DNA of 63,775 nt, filler included, from Choristocarpus tenellus KU-1152 (lineage: Eukaryota; Protista; Phaeophyceae), in assembly GCA_964200185.2 (NCBI GenBank). It is 13 parts of 13 records of this genome, joined end to end, with 100 filler letters (N's around TTAATTAATTAA, not from the genome) between each part and the next. Parts side by side here need not be neighbours in the genome. Positions count along the whole stretch, not along the records: positions 33,482 to 39,651 come from CAXNAD020008773.1; positions 39,752 to 45,272 come from CAXNAD020010539.1; positions 45,373 to 52,327 come from CAXNAD020006977.1; 10 more parts are not named here. One strand, 5' to 3'. Below are positions 38,550 through 51,440 of this stretch, one piece after another. How positions within the stretch are numbered: the first letter of the stretch is position 1; each line of letters starts with the position of its first letter. The notes under the pieces were generated by a model that was given only the letters and a program-made list of their open reading frames with translations, did not search any database and was not told the origin of the DNA. The position numbers and the translations under genes were made by a program.

Positions 38550-39902
38550 ATGTATCAGCTTATGGAAAATGACAGTTCAAAATCAAGTCATTCCCATTGG
38601 TGGCACCTGTCCGTATCCTATGTATAAGAAAAAAAAGAAAGGAATAAGTTGCATTCTCAAATAGAGGGTTATTTATTGCCATGCAAGATTAATAAGAATA
38701 AGATTGCTATGTACTCACAAGCGGCTAGTGTTTTCTTTTTAATATCTTTGCATAATAGAAACAATAGAGAATGTCCTATGCTCTCCCTTTGCTGGGAACT
38801 TCACCTTGGAGTAACACCAACTCCCCCCCCCCCAAGAGGTTGATCCTACTGTTGTTGTGGAAACTTGGCATGGTGAACAGGTTCAGGGGCGAAAGCAAGC
38901 CCTACCCTCAATCTTCAGAGCATGGGAGCGGTTCACAAGGAGGGAAATCTACTCGTTTGAAGGACCGCCTGGAGATTAGAAGAAGAACGTCATCCCGAGG
39001 AAATAACAGAAGTAGACTCACCAGATCTCCAAACACCCTTAGAGGCAGCCATAGTACATAGCAATGAGTGAGAGACTGTCTGGGTACAGAACCCCTTCCA
39101 TAAGTGAGAATGTCGCAGGAATTGAAGTGTTTTGAGGCTAGCAGTCAACTATAAAAAGAGTGTGCAGGTTGGCAGAGTACTGTGGTGATGTTTTTGATAG
39201 CTGCAATGGTGAAGAGCAGGAGCAAAACAGGGGTTCCTTGGCTTGCTAAGGCGTTCAGTGAACCGATGTCTGCCTATACACATACACACACACACAAACA
39301 CACTTAATGTGTGTATTCAGAACGTTTCATTAGATCCAGTATAGACTTGTGTCCAGTGCGTATTGAGATGATCAATAAATGTTTCTCCAACTACACCCAG
39401 TTGGATTTGAGCAAAGCCTGCACCAATTTCCTCTGGACAAATGGAGCAATCCCAACAGAACACACGTGCCTTGAACACGAGAGCTGAGGAGGAGAGACGA
39501 AGCATATATCCTAGTCCCGTACTACTCCTGCTCACTCTCCCTCCTAAGCACAACACTGTATCAAGAGCACACTTCCTTTCCCCTCCCCGCCCCCCCCCCC
39601 CCCCCCCCCCCTCCCCCCCCCCCCCCTCGCCCTGGGGCGGGGACGAAGGGGNNNNNNNNNNNNNNNNNNNNNNNNNNNNNNNNNNNNNNNNNNNNTTAAT
39701 TAATTAANNNNNNNNNNNNNNNNNNNNNNNNNNNNNNNNNNNNNNNNNNNNAGTGAAAAAAAAAAAAAGGGTGAAAAACAGACCCCGACCCCCCCCCCCC
39801 AGATACTTAGACCCATATCAACCATAATTTTTTCCTACCCCAATACATGCACCACTCCCCCTTCCCTATTTACTTCTACATGATCTTCGGCACCAAGCAG
39901 CC

Positions 39903-42472
39903 ATGGAAACTGCCCAGTGGCATTGGGCAGAAAGAGGATCGAGACCATGCTGTAACTGGATGAGGATCGTCTTTTGTCTCCTCCTGCTGAGTTCAGTAGT
40001 GCTGAGTTATTTCAATTGCGTTGTTCTCTTCCCACCTGACGATGCTAAGGTTCAATCTGCCGTTGCTGTGGAAGGAGGACGGATGGCGGTTGTGGTCCCA
40101 GTATACGAAGGCGACCTAAATCGTGCTTTGCAATCTGTTCAAAAGTGGCCTTCAAAGTGCTCAGCTTCAACAATGAGACGAATGGACCTCATACTGTACT
40201 ACGTTGGTTCAGAGAACAGCACGATGACCGAGGTCTTCAATGATAACAACGATTTGGGTTCTTTCTCATGCTTCGAATCAAAAAAGCTTGTACATATACA
40301 CCTTACAGAAGAGGTGAGACTTGGTGTAGTTTGAAGTTATATGACAGTATAACCGTTTCTCCCCTCAGGGTCCCATCACCCCATCACTTTCAAACAGTAC
40401 ACCGAAGCCAAAGTTACTTGCTGATTGTCACCACATAACAATACTAATGCATCGATGTCCTGGTGCATACCCTGTCTTCGCCTATGATACACTCAATATG
40501 TTACAGGAGGAGTCGGTGTACGCTATAAATCCTTCTGTCCAGTTGTATAAGATATTCTTGGACGATGAGGTTAAGAAGCACTTCTCTTCTTACGACATGC
40601 TGACAATGCTTGAGTGGGACGTCACTGTCGCGTATGACACGTCTTTCGAGCGACTTTATCTGGCAGCATTTGCTACCGAAGAGTCATTCTGGGTAAAGGG
40701 GAGTACTCTTGGTGAGACCAACTTTCGCGACAGGACAGTTTTACCAGAATCCTGGCATATGGTCGGCCACCTAAGCGGCAACACAATCTACAGTAACAAT
40801 AATCCAGCGTTCGAAGAGTTCATAAGCTATACAAGAGATCAATGGGGTTATAACTACCCCTTCGATGTGGCGATGTGGGCCACGGTTTCAGACTTTCCGT
40901 ACAGCTGGCTCCTGTGGCATCGCTACTCCAACAAATTTTTGGCTTCCAACTTGGTGAGGATGGCGAAAGAGCATTCTGTGCATGGTGTGTGTCACAGAGA
41001 TATTAGTACGTTATAGTTAGTTGTATGTGAGGTACTAACACCAGTTTCGTGCAGTTTCCGAGCATAGCCTTAGAAGCACTCCGGACATTTTCGGTTTGCA
41101 GTGCACATTTTATCCTTCCCTGTACTCCACATTACAAGCACTTCATCTCATATACAAGTACTTCTATTTTTTTGTTTCAGATGGCAAACATCGGCTTTGT
41201 AGATGCTTACCGGTTGGCAATGGAGGATTCTCAGAAAGGGGATACCCTTTTCGTACATGGGAGCAGCAGCAATGGAGCTGACAGCCACAATAATACTACC
41301 AGTAAGAGCAGCAGTGCAATGGCCCCCTCCTCTGAGCTTATTTCAATTGTTGAAGGGGAGTGTACATCATCATGCGGCAGTAGTCACAGGGTCTTGCCCA
41401 AGGGCACAAGTACAGTGTGTGACTCCTCATGCTCACCATATGGAGGCAGGGCTTTACCCCGTTTTGGAGGCTACATGTGTGGGGCCAGAGATGAGGCTAT
41501 GTTTGGAAAGAGTTGCCGTCTTTGCTATACTGACCTGGAGATTGCACAGGAAGCAGATATTGCACTGGGGAACTATTCAACGCCGGGAAAGAAGGAGAGG
41601 CCCAATGAGGATTGCCATGAACAGCAACATGTCATCATGTGTGACACACTTGCACCACCACCGGCAAAGGAATGCCACTTCCAATGTGCAGCCCAAACAA
41701 ATGCAGTGAGTGATAGGGATAATTGACTTTGGTGTTTGTGGATGATCTATCAACCCCTAGTGTCAGGCAGGAATGGAGTTGTAAGATTTTCGCCAATTGT
41801 GTTTTACCATGTCTATCGCTCTGAGGGTGTTGGAGTTGAGACCATGTAGCACCTTGTATATCACCAGCACAGGTGAACAGGCCTACCTACAGTGTTGTGA
41901 CTATCTTGCAAAACAACCAAGATCCTTGAATTGTTTTTGTTACTATTCTAGAAAGGCTGTTGCCTCTTCGTTCACGATGAACCATGGGTTCTTGTGTCCT
42001 ACTCCACTGATGTGTGCTCTTGGTTGTGTCAGATATGTGATGCCACTTGCAAAGATCAGCGTTTTGGAGCCTTCAACTGTAATTTTAGAGGGTATGGTGA
42101 ATCCTGTCGTTCGTGCTTTCGTGATGTGAAGAGGGCCCAAGAAGCAGACACTATTGCTCGCCGCCAAGGTGGGAGGGCTATCATGTGTGATACCCATGAA
42201 CCCCCATTGATGCAGTCATGCACAAAGGTAGATTTGAAGATAGGGAGAGTGGGAGACAAGGTCATGACTAAGCAAGCAGCACCAAAGAGCACAGCTTTGG
42301 AAAAAACACACAGACTAGGCACTATCGACCATACAGAACTCTGTATTGTGCTACGGGGCTACCACAAGTTTATTCCTGAAACAGCCGTGACTGTGGAGAG
42401 CGTGCTTCACTTTATGAAGGGAGCTTGAGTTGCTATTGCAACACACCCCTCAGTCTTCTTTTCTTTCAACAG
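39903..42472 (+). CDS. Putative type II membrane glycosyltransferase-like protein with duplicated Cys-rich module and an in-frame TGA at 42426-42428
   Basis: Exons 39903-40313, 40507-40953, 41181-41705 and 41952-42472 join at phase 0. N-terminal TM segment (IVFCLLLLSSVVLSYF), a GT-A-like start MAVVVPVY, a DxD-like LEWDV, then FWVKGS, GHLSGNTIY, YPFDVAMW. The glycosyltransferase assignment is inference; the exon structure is clear. Confidence 0.7.
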
Positions 42473-42991
42473 GTGAGCAAAATGAAGAGGGTATTGGTAG
42501 CTTATGTAGGGACAGAGTTTGTTATGTATGTATTGGTCCAATGTAGTGGTTGCTTGTACAACATATCGCGGAATTTAACCTTCCTTACTGTAGGGATGAG
42601 CCCCTTCACCTTCTTTTCATGCAGTGGCTGCTCTACTCTCATGGCCTGCTGCAGCAGTCAGAAGTCAGAATTTAGGTACACGCCTGGGTTAGAAATGGAC
42701 AAGAATTATTCGTTCGTTAAATGAGGTTCTTGTCAATTTCTTGAAGTTCTTCAAAGCACACTCTTGAAGGTCAACTCTCTAAAATGTCTTGAAGAAGTGA
42801 AGATTTGGAGAGGCTGTATTTTCCGAAGAGCCATTCTATCATGTCTCTAGCATGTGGGCTTGACCGTTTTGGGCAGATCATTGCAATGCAGGAGTTGGCG
42901 TAAGTAGATCTGGATGAGGATCACCCACTCTGTTTTTGTGAATGCGGTTGACCAGGGAGAACGATACGTTTGGGGTTGTAGTTTACATTAT

Positions 42992-43246
42992 GAGTGAAAG
43001 TATCTTAGAGGGTACGAAGTTTATCCGTTTGTCCATTTTTGACTTGGCTTCCCATGGGTTTTTATTGACATTTTACCTACCCAAAATGTTTCAGAGTAGG
43101 TAAAATGTGTAAGTTATGAAAAGGAGTGTCCAGACAAGGATATTGACATCTCCTAACAAACATGATAGTCAAAATTACATCAAAATTGCAACATTGTGTT
43201 TGATCCCCAAATGGACGCGACTGTACCCTCTAAGATACTTTGGCTC
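42992..43246 (-). mobile_element. MITE family B, complete copy, TSD TTAT
   Basis: ttat|GAGTGAAAGTATCTTAGAGGGTAC...GTACCCTCTAAGATACTTTGGCTC|ttat, in reverse orientation relative to the other B copies. Confidence 0.92.
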
Positions 43247-45588
43247 TTATTATCCCCTGCATGGAGCAAATGATTCTATTTCCAGTACACAATGAGTAGT
43301 AATTGACCGTACGGTACAGACACTGTGTTCAAGATAGTGTGTGGGTAAACTTGTAGATTGGCCATGTTTGCAGAGTGTGGCATAGAGAGTGTTGCATTCC
43401 AGGAACTTTATGTTCTTAGTTGATACTCTATGGGAGGTAATGAGCTCTTTCTTATAAGAGCTACTAATATTGATTTCTAGTTCATTTTGTTGGCCTATAT
43501 ATGTGTAACGTTATAAGGCTCCGATATTGGAGTTGCTTATTTCCCTTCCCATAGCATTTCAGATTAATTGGACAACTAGGAAGTGTTTGCAGGGTTAGGG
43601 TTAAGGCTGGGCAACTTCCTAGTTCGTTGGACACAATATAATATCTGTAACGATGGCAGTAAGCATCTCTAAAGTTGGAAGTGTTTAATGATACATATAT
43701 GTACACATTGAACTGCGACAAATTGTGGTAGGTGCAACATCTGTTTCCTATTGAAACCAGCTGATATATGTCGTAAAGTCACAGTTCATGAATGTATGAT
43801 CCAGAGTGATATATTTATATTTCTTGAGTTGTAGATATTTGTAGGTAGTACCTGTGCTGTAGTGATTTACGGGTCTTGGGTAGTGTTGTGAATTGTAAGA
43901 ATGTATAAGTTTAAATATGTTTGACTCAAAATTGTTTCATTTTTGTTTTGAAGTTCTGGGTTAATGAATGGTCCTCTCCTACTCTTTCCTTCTACTCCTT
44001 AACATTACACAAGTGATTCAACAACCTTCATTTCGCTCCTTGTCATCTGAGACGTTATTCCACTACCTCATTTCCACCCAATACCATTCCGGTGTTGTTC
44101 TACCAACTCCTGTTCTCATTCAACCAAGAATATTCTGTTGCCAACCCCTCTACCAATCCACGAAACCATCAGCCTGTCCAGTTCCCAAAACAATGCAGCC
44201 ATCCACCTTTCCATTCCACCTTAGTTCCTTTTGGCGTTTTTATTGACACCACATTCATAGACTCTAAGTTTTTCTACTCCACATTTATCCATGCCACAAT
44301 TCATCCCCTCCACAGTCATGCACCTCTTTACCACATTGACCGTTGGAATTATAATTGAAAGATATCAACCACACCCTAAGTTGACCTCCCACTTCCCCAC
44401 CCCATCATCTCACTCAATAGTGAGCAATCGAAACAGTAAGTGGGTTGCACCAGATTGCTTGAAGCACTTTGAGCTTGCTACCCCTTTCCCTTACCTCCTT
44501 CCACCGCTCATTTACAAAAGCGTATTTTGGGACCTCCACTAAGCTAACCTTTCTATTATTTACTCCTTTTCCGCATCTTCCCTTCAATACACTCTGCCTT
44601 TACTTTTCTCTCCATCCATCGGTGCATTTTCTTTTTCCCCACATGACCTTCAGTATCCCAGAATTTCAACCAATTTATCAATAACCACTTGCGAATTTCT
44701 CCTGTCCACAAAACTCAGATAACATGTATCGATCTATTTAAAGCATGAGCAAAGTGCATGCATCTACGCACGTGTAGCATCGCCTGCACTAAATGGTGTG
44801 AGAGAAATATGCCCCTGATGTAGTTACAGGGCTCGCATTATGCACGAATTTTTTATTTTCACTAATTTCTGGACCCTTTTCCCAATTCATCAAGAGACAC
44901 CATCTGATCATATCAGATGGATGACTTTCAAGCTCTAAGGTACTAAAGATTAGCCGAACAAAATCCAATGGATGAGTTGTGGAGAGGAATGATTTTTAAT
45001 ATAATATTGCAGCATGCCCACGGAGTCTACAGTAAATGTGGTCAGGAGGAGAAATACTCCATTGGGTTAGCAATACTTTGAAGTACAACTATAGCACACA
45101 CACGACGAAGACGGCAACAGCATCTTCATTTATCTATATTTCTTACAACTTGCACAACCGCGACTTCTATATCAATGTCTTCATCGAGACCCTTCACTGG
45201 GTGCCCTATCAAGTAATATAGGAATTCTCCTGGGACAAAGTATCTTGGGGGGGGGGGGTGGTTTGTGAGGGGNNNNNNNNNNNNNNNNNNNNNNNNNNNN
45301 NNNNNNNNNNNNNNNNTTAATTAATTAANNNNNNNNNNNNNNNNNNNNNNNNNNNNNNNNNNNNNNNNNNNNCCCCCCCCGGATACTTTGGATCCATGTG
45401 GGGACGTGATGCAATTTTCTTGAGGAGCATTTTATCACCCTTAGAAATGCTGGTCTTACTTTGAACCCTCCAAATTTAAGTTCAGCTCAGAAGAAGTTGA
45501 ATATCTTGGACATATCGTTTCCAGTGCAGGGGTACACCTTAGCAAGATTCTCATTCAAGGTATTGTTGATATTCCAATACCCCGAACA

Positions 45589-45652
<64 letters not shown>

Positions 45653-46001
45653 TATGTTTGCAGCTCCCATCTTTATTGGCGCTCCATGTGTGGTTGCTTC
45701 ACCAACAGAACCAAAGGTAGATTAGATTCGTTCAACATTTGCTGGTATTGATTTTGATCCAATTTCATTTTTCTCCAATCTGAAATTAATTCTTGTTTAT
45801 GCCAAGAGCATCCAATTTTTTTTGGGAAAAGAATAAACTGCCACAAATGTCCAATCCAAAAAAAAAGAAAAAAAGAATACAATATCATGCCCTCCTCTAG
45901 CGATGACGCTCTTCATGTCTAAAGTATGAAGATAATTACTACAGAAACATTAGCCGGTCTCTCCTCCAAAGCCCACCCTCTCCACCTACGGACAATACCA
46001 A

Positions 46002-48677
46002 CTACCTCTTAGCTTCATCTCCCCACCCAGCAAGCCCGTGCTGAACTGCACCCACTCCTCTTCCACCAGAAGTTTGTTCCTCCAATTCTACGGAGGAAGA
46101 TTCTGCCCCTCTATAATTTGTGTGTGTCACAACAGATCCCTGTTCCAGTACCAGGGGCATATCAGACCCCAGTGCTGACATGCCGTGGTCAACGCCTGCC
46201 TTGTGTGCCAGCATCATGTTCCTGAACTCTGAGAATTCTCCCAGAGTCATGAGCATATCAAATACATCGCCTGTAATCTCATCTGCTTGATTGCATTGGA
46301 GGGGTTGATTTGGCTGTAAAATACAGATGCTCATCAGACACTCGGTGCTCCTTGTTTTGAGTTGCTTGTCATCTTTCCTAATGCTAACCCTAACCCTAAC
46401 CCTAACCAAAATTCCAACTTTCTCGCTATCCTCTTTCAGATATTTTCTTTGCAAATCACAACATGGTTTCTGGTGAATAGAACATGATGCAAAGGACTGA
46501 TGCCACCTAGGAAAGGTCTCTGATCAGAAATCAAGGCATCCAACACCATCTCACCACTACCATGGCAACATGTAAACAAAGGCAAAGCATCCTTTAACAT
46601 CACCGCTGGAGGCTTGATGTAAATGGCGACAGTTCATTCAGCACTGCAATTGTCAACGATTCTGTGACTATCTCCTGGAGTAGTAACACATGGTGCAGGA
46701 ACTACATAGGAACAACCTGCACACTGTGTCAAGGAGAGCAAGAGCAAACAAAACGGTACCGTTTAAACTCCCCACTATGCTTGCAACGTAGGAGGCTTAG
46801 TGGCATCTAGGGGCAGAGAGGGTGGGCAACAATGACTTGTACTGAGTTCATTGTATGTAAGAGGTACACTTACAGTGATTTTTCACAATCACGTCTTGAA
46901 ATGTTGATGCCTGGATCCTGAAATTACAAGGCCTCCAAATTTTCTTGAAAAGAGTGCAAAGCACAAGGTGGAAGTGACCCCACATTGTTCTATTGCCCCC
47001 CCACCTGGCCCTGCACAGCCCCATCTCCATCTCCCCCTACTATTTTTCTGAGTAAGGGGTACCAAATCTATCCGAAACCTCACCTTCTCTTTCAACCATC
47101 ATCTTGAGAAACGTCTCCATACTAAAGGCAGAAATGCCAGCGGACAGCTTCTCATCGATATGCCCCTCTATTTTACAAGTATCAGGTATAAGGAGGAAGT
47201 AGGGATGGGGTGAATCAGGCTGAGAGTATTTCACTGTTCTGCAGCATTTGCGGTCTTACTAGGCAACATATGAATTGTGCTGACCTCAATATTGGGATTT
47301 GAAATCAGATGCTATGTGGATACAATCCTCTTCCTTCGAATGAATAAGAAATAATCAAGATTGCCAGATGTTTTGAGGTACAGAGGGGTAAGAACCGATG
47401 CTATCTTGGGGGATGAGCTTCGTTAATATTCTACTGACAGCTATCCTATCTAGTCAATAGTCCACAACACTTCATTGCTTGGTACACTAACAGCTGTTCA
47501 TGATAGGGATCACACTCAGGTTGCAGTCCTCTGAAGGAGTCTACCGAAAGTAACTTTGTGACCAAATCCCTGAATGGCATTGAACCACGTGGACAAATGG
47601 ATGTGGTATACCCTCCCCAATCCCTTTACATCATAGTCCTGAGGAATGTGCCGAAATGTTTGTTGCATCAAGGAAAATACTTGGAAGTTCAGTATTGCTC
47701 ACAAACGGAATTGCTTCCATTGTATCAGGCCTCACCTATCATTGTTGTGTACCTGTGAAAAATTTCTGTGTAGATGAGTTTATTCTCATCGCTGTGCTGA
47801 AATACCCCTGGGGGAAGGATTGGCGTAGGTTCAATGCAGCAAAAATATCATGAGCAAGGAGTACACCATTTAAAATCACTAACATGGGGGCATATCCCTC
47901 CAGATGCTGTAAAATACTGTTGGGGCAGTCAACACTATGTATATGTGCCTTTGTTGACAACTGTACAAGAGCTGTGTTAAGAAACAAAATTTCCGCACAT
48001 TCTCCACTCTGCACTTGCATTCATCCCCTTCAACATAGAGGGAGCATGTGATGGTCAAGTTCCTAATGGTAAATAGAAAGTGGGTAGTGTGAGAAGCACA
48101 CGGTAAAGTCCCATTGTACTGAAGCTCACAGGACTAGTACATTATCTCTGGTCTTAATCCTTAATTCCGTAATTGGGCATCTGAAAGCAAACTTCCTCTA
48201 CACATTGTAAAGCATGGCAAGAATACAATGGAGAACTACAGAGATGACTGACATGGGGCTGACCTTACCGCACCACTCGTCCTTGAAGGACTGCTGCATG
48301 GATGTGAATTCGGGGTCTATGAGAATGTCCTCCAGAGCTCCAACGATTGTGTCAAAACGGAGGTCCTGCCATGGCATCGGCGTGACCGAATCGTGAGTTG
48401 CGTCAAACAAGCGCCCTGACTTTTTTTCTGATGGGTTGTGTGAGACTGAGGCGCAATGATTCAGGAAATGCTCCTACGAACGGAGTGCCATTACCAAGTA
48501 ACTATTGCAAGTAACTATTTCAGTCTATCAACGCCACAAACACTTGAGTGGTTTCAACCATTACTCAATCCACCCTAGATATCTCAGTAGGGAAGCATCT
48601 CCTCCCAATAGATCGCAACGTGGTGCTCTCACCTCTGCGGAGCCTTCGTTGGATGCGAAGATCTCCTCCTCATCCAT
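46002..48677 (-). CDS. ARL2BP: ARL2-binding protein (BART domain)
   Basis: Exons 48677-48633 (frame open to 48746, so the start may lie further upstream), 48365-48269, 47807-47736, 47167-47084 and 46282-46002 are phase-consistent. Product: MDEEEIF...|DLRFDTIVGALEDILIDPEF..Q.SF...|..DENKLIYTEIF.RY..MI|E.HIDEKL...FSMETF...|DEITGDVFDMLMTLGEFSEFRNMML, which matches BART. Confidence 0.92.
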
Positions 48678-49072
48678 CGAACAGTCTAAGTCACCAATGA
48701 CATCTTCCGGAATGAAGAGTTCACAAATAGTGGATGATGGGTGAGGCTAACAGAACTGATATTTGTAGTATACTAGCTCTACGTGGACCAAACTTCCAAG
48801 GTTGGGGGACATTCGCAACCGGCTATCCACATACCTAGCATGCCACCACCGGAGGGTGGTGCACGGACTCGCCCTCCGTAACAAGAATATGATATTCCCC
48901 CTGAATTCATAGAGCTAGTCATCTTTTCTTTACTATTTCGCAAGGAGGGTGGGAGTTTGGGCATGGTGGAGGACGGACAGAAGTAACTGACGAACACGCC
49001 ATTTCCCCCACTCTGGAACTCCCATACCAAGAACGAACCGTCCAAACCTAGTTGACCAAAAGAGGGATTGAG
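48678..49072. promoter_or_regulatory. Probable bidirectional promoter region between ARL2BP and MICU1
   Basis: Two divergent genes with presumptive ATGs 395 bp apart on one contig. CpGs are retained here, unlike in distal introns. Confidence 0.55.
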
Positions 49073-51440
49073 ATGTGGAACCTGGCAACAAAAGTGTCTC
49101 AGCGTGTGGCACCCCTTGCAGGGAAAAGAGGAATGCAAGGGTCGCAGTTGCTGGGACTTGTAATGGGATTGGGACTCGGAACGAGCCTTGCACAGGGAGG
49201 CAACCTCTCAGCAGCAGAGGTTGAAGGCGACTCCAATGGAGGATCAGAACAGTCACTCCCAATAAAGCCTAGCCTGAGAGAGGAGGTAGACCATTGACAG
49301 TGGATGCTAAAAATTTGAGAGCCGAGAATGTCCAATTGCCAACAGAGGTGTCTTGTAAAGACCTTCCTGTCACCGCTTGTGTTCCATACCCTGTACCTCT
49401 AGTAGTACAAGTTGTCCTTTCCCCATGATGTGTTTCCTCGAGAGACTGTAACCTCATCTTGAACTTGTCTAAAATTAGCCTCATGTGTATGGAGCTTCTC
49501 ATATGTGATACGCCTGAATCCTAACAACTCGATTACACTTAACACAGATTATCGGGTCATATGAGGATCGTATCCGCAACTTCAGCACCCCTGAGCGCGT
49601 CTTCGAGTTCTTCGCTTCGGTCAACATTGACGGGTATGCTTTGTCCCAACGTTACGTGAGATAACTGATACCGTCGTTTCTGGAAGGTATAACATTCTCA
49701 CTTGTTGCAGTAGGAACGAGTTTTCTTGCCCTTGTTCGGCACCCTGTTTTCCTGGACTCAACAGGCATCTGTCAGTTTGACTGAGGTTCCTTGTTTGGTC
49801 TGTTCGTGCACTTGAGGAAATAAGCACTAAGATCAACTAGTTCCTACTGTTGAGGCTCTATTCTGTGCGTCCACCTTCAAAAGTAAGAAATGTCTACTTC
49901 AAATTACACCAACTGTTACATAGGGCAATGGACAAAGCCGAAATGAGAGTACAGATCGGCCAGGCGTGTTCGGAAGCCCTTCGTACTCTCTAATACAGAA
50001 ACTCTGCACCCTGCCGTGCCAAGGTTGTACATATGACTTGCCCTATACGTTCCCCAGTTGGTGCTGCTTGCTGGCAGACTGAAAAAAGAACTTCACAATA
50101 TACTTAGTGGAACGTGTTGTGTCCTTCCCCCTCAAGCTGTCACGTTTCTTCTCCACTCTACCAAGTGAACCAACTCCAGACAGTACCTGAAGCCAACATG
50201 TTGCCTATTCCAAACGGTTGTGCAACGGTTTAGAGAGACTATACAATCACTTTTCCATAGTAAAGGTTCCGTTGCCCATAAGCAAAATGCTTTGCCCCCA
50301 TTTATATCTTTGCCGCTGCTTTCCTCAGCAATACCTTCATGACACCTGAAGACTTTGCACGGTCCATCATACCCTACCAGCATAGGGCTGGTGTTCGTGT
50401 TGGGTCCAACAATGTGAAGTTCAATTTCCAGGTGACCTCCTCCCTGCCCTCAGCATACAATACTAATGATGCTGATGCTTATCCCTCCTCCACATTCCTC
50501 CGCCTGCTTGTTTAATATTTATTATAGCACACCTTAGACCTTTGGCAGATCTTGCTCAATGCGTCCTATCGATGCCAATGGCACCAGTTGTTTTTGGCAC
50601 ACCAGTAACCCTAACCCTAACCCTAACCCTGAGCACATCGTGATAGAGCTACAGGAGGATGTATCCCTCCAGTGTGAACACATAAGCCTCCTAAATTTTC
50701 TTGGTCTTGAGTGGTGTGGTTCGTTCATCCCCTACTTGGTCCGAGCTCAGCACTTGATCTTTTGGCATTGAGGGCTGGCAATGAATGCATGCTTTGTAAG
50801 TCCTGGTTGCGTGTTGGAGACTGCGCCCTCTGAAAAGGGTGGAAAGTGAAGACTATCAATGGTGCGTTTGATGCACGGGCCAAACTGAAAAGGATGGAAA
50901 GGAAAGGCCTTCTTGTCTGTTGTCGCCTGTGTGTGGTAGGGGGTAGGTACGGAGCACACAAGTTGTTTAGGATCACATCATGTTTTGTTTGTGTCAGGTT
51001 GTTTAGGATCACATCCGTCTTTGAATTCGAGTATTGATAATGCGTTTCTACACTGTCTCTTCCTGACGGTGAATAATATTATACTACACTGTCACTCCTG
51101 CTCTCTATATGTTGGATGGTTGGATGGATGGATGGATGGATGATAACTGTTGTTGTGTTTTCTCAGCACTATTGTACTAAATTGTGCAAGGTACCATCCA
51201 TATACATTAAACTGATGTGCGTTTTTTTGTAACCATGTTGATGTCCCAGGACTCAATAGTGAAGTTTCCTAAGTGCCCAACCCTGATCCCTCAAGCTAAC
51301 TCTAAGCGCAACCTGCAGGCTAAGTACAGGGGACCGACAATGGAGGAAAGGAATCAGTACAAGAAAATTCTTGCTGACATTCTAGATGACTCCAGGGTGA
51401 CTCCCCAAGAGTTCAACTGTGTGAACAGCGCCAGAGAAAG
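49073..51440 (+). CDS. MICU1: Mitochondrial calcium uptake protein (MICU1-like); first four exons, 3' partial
   Basis: Exons 49073-49285, 49548-49633, 50329-50431 and 51319-51440 join in frame. Transit-peptide-like MWNLATKVSQRVAPLAGKR, then IIGSYEDRIRNFSTPERVFEFFASV...FMTPEDFARSIIP, matching MICU1 YENRIRxxSTPxKIFxYFA...FMTPEDFVRSI. Confidence 0.88.

Noticed and set aside
42426-42428. Selenocysteine recoding of the in-frame TGA
   Set aside because: There is no redox CxxU-type context and no identifiable SECIS. A CGA>TGA mutation is more parsimonious.
43950-44690. Possible very old LINE RT relic on the minus strand
   Set aside because: Only a vague KQ.G...LLF-like stretch; no convincing ordered motifs.
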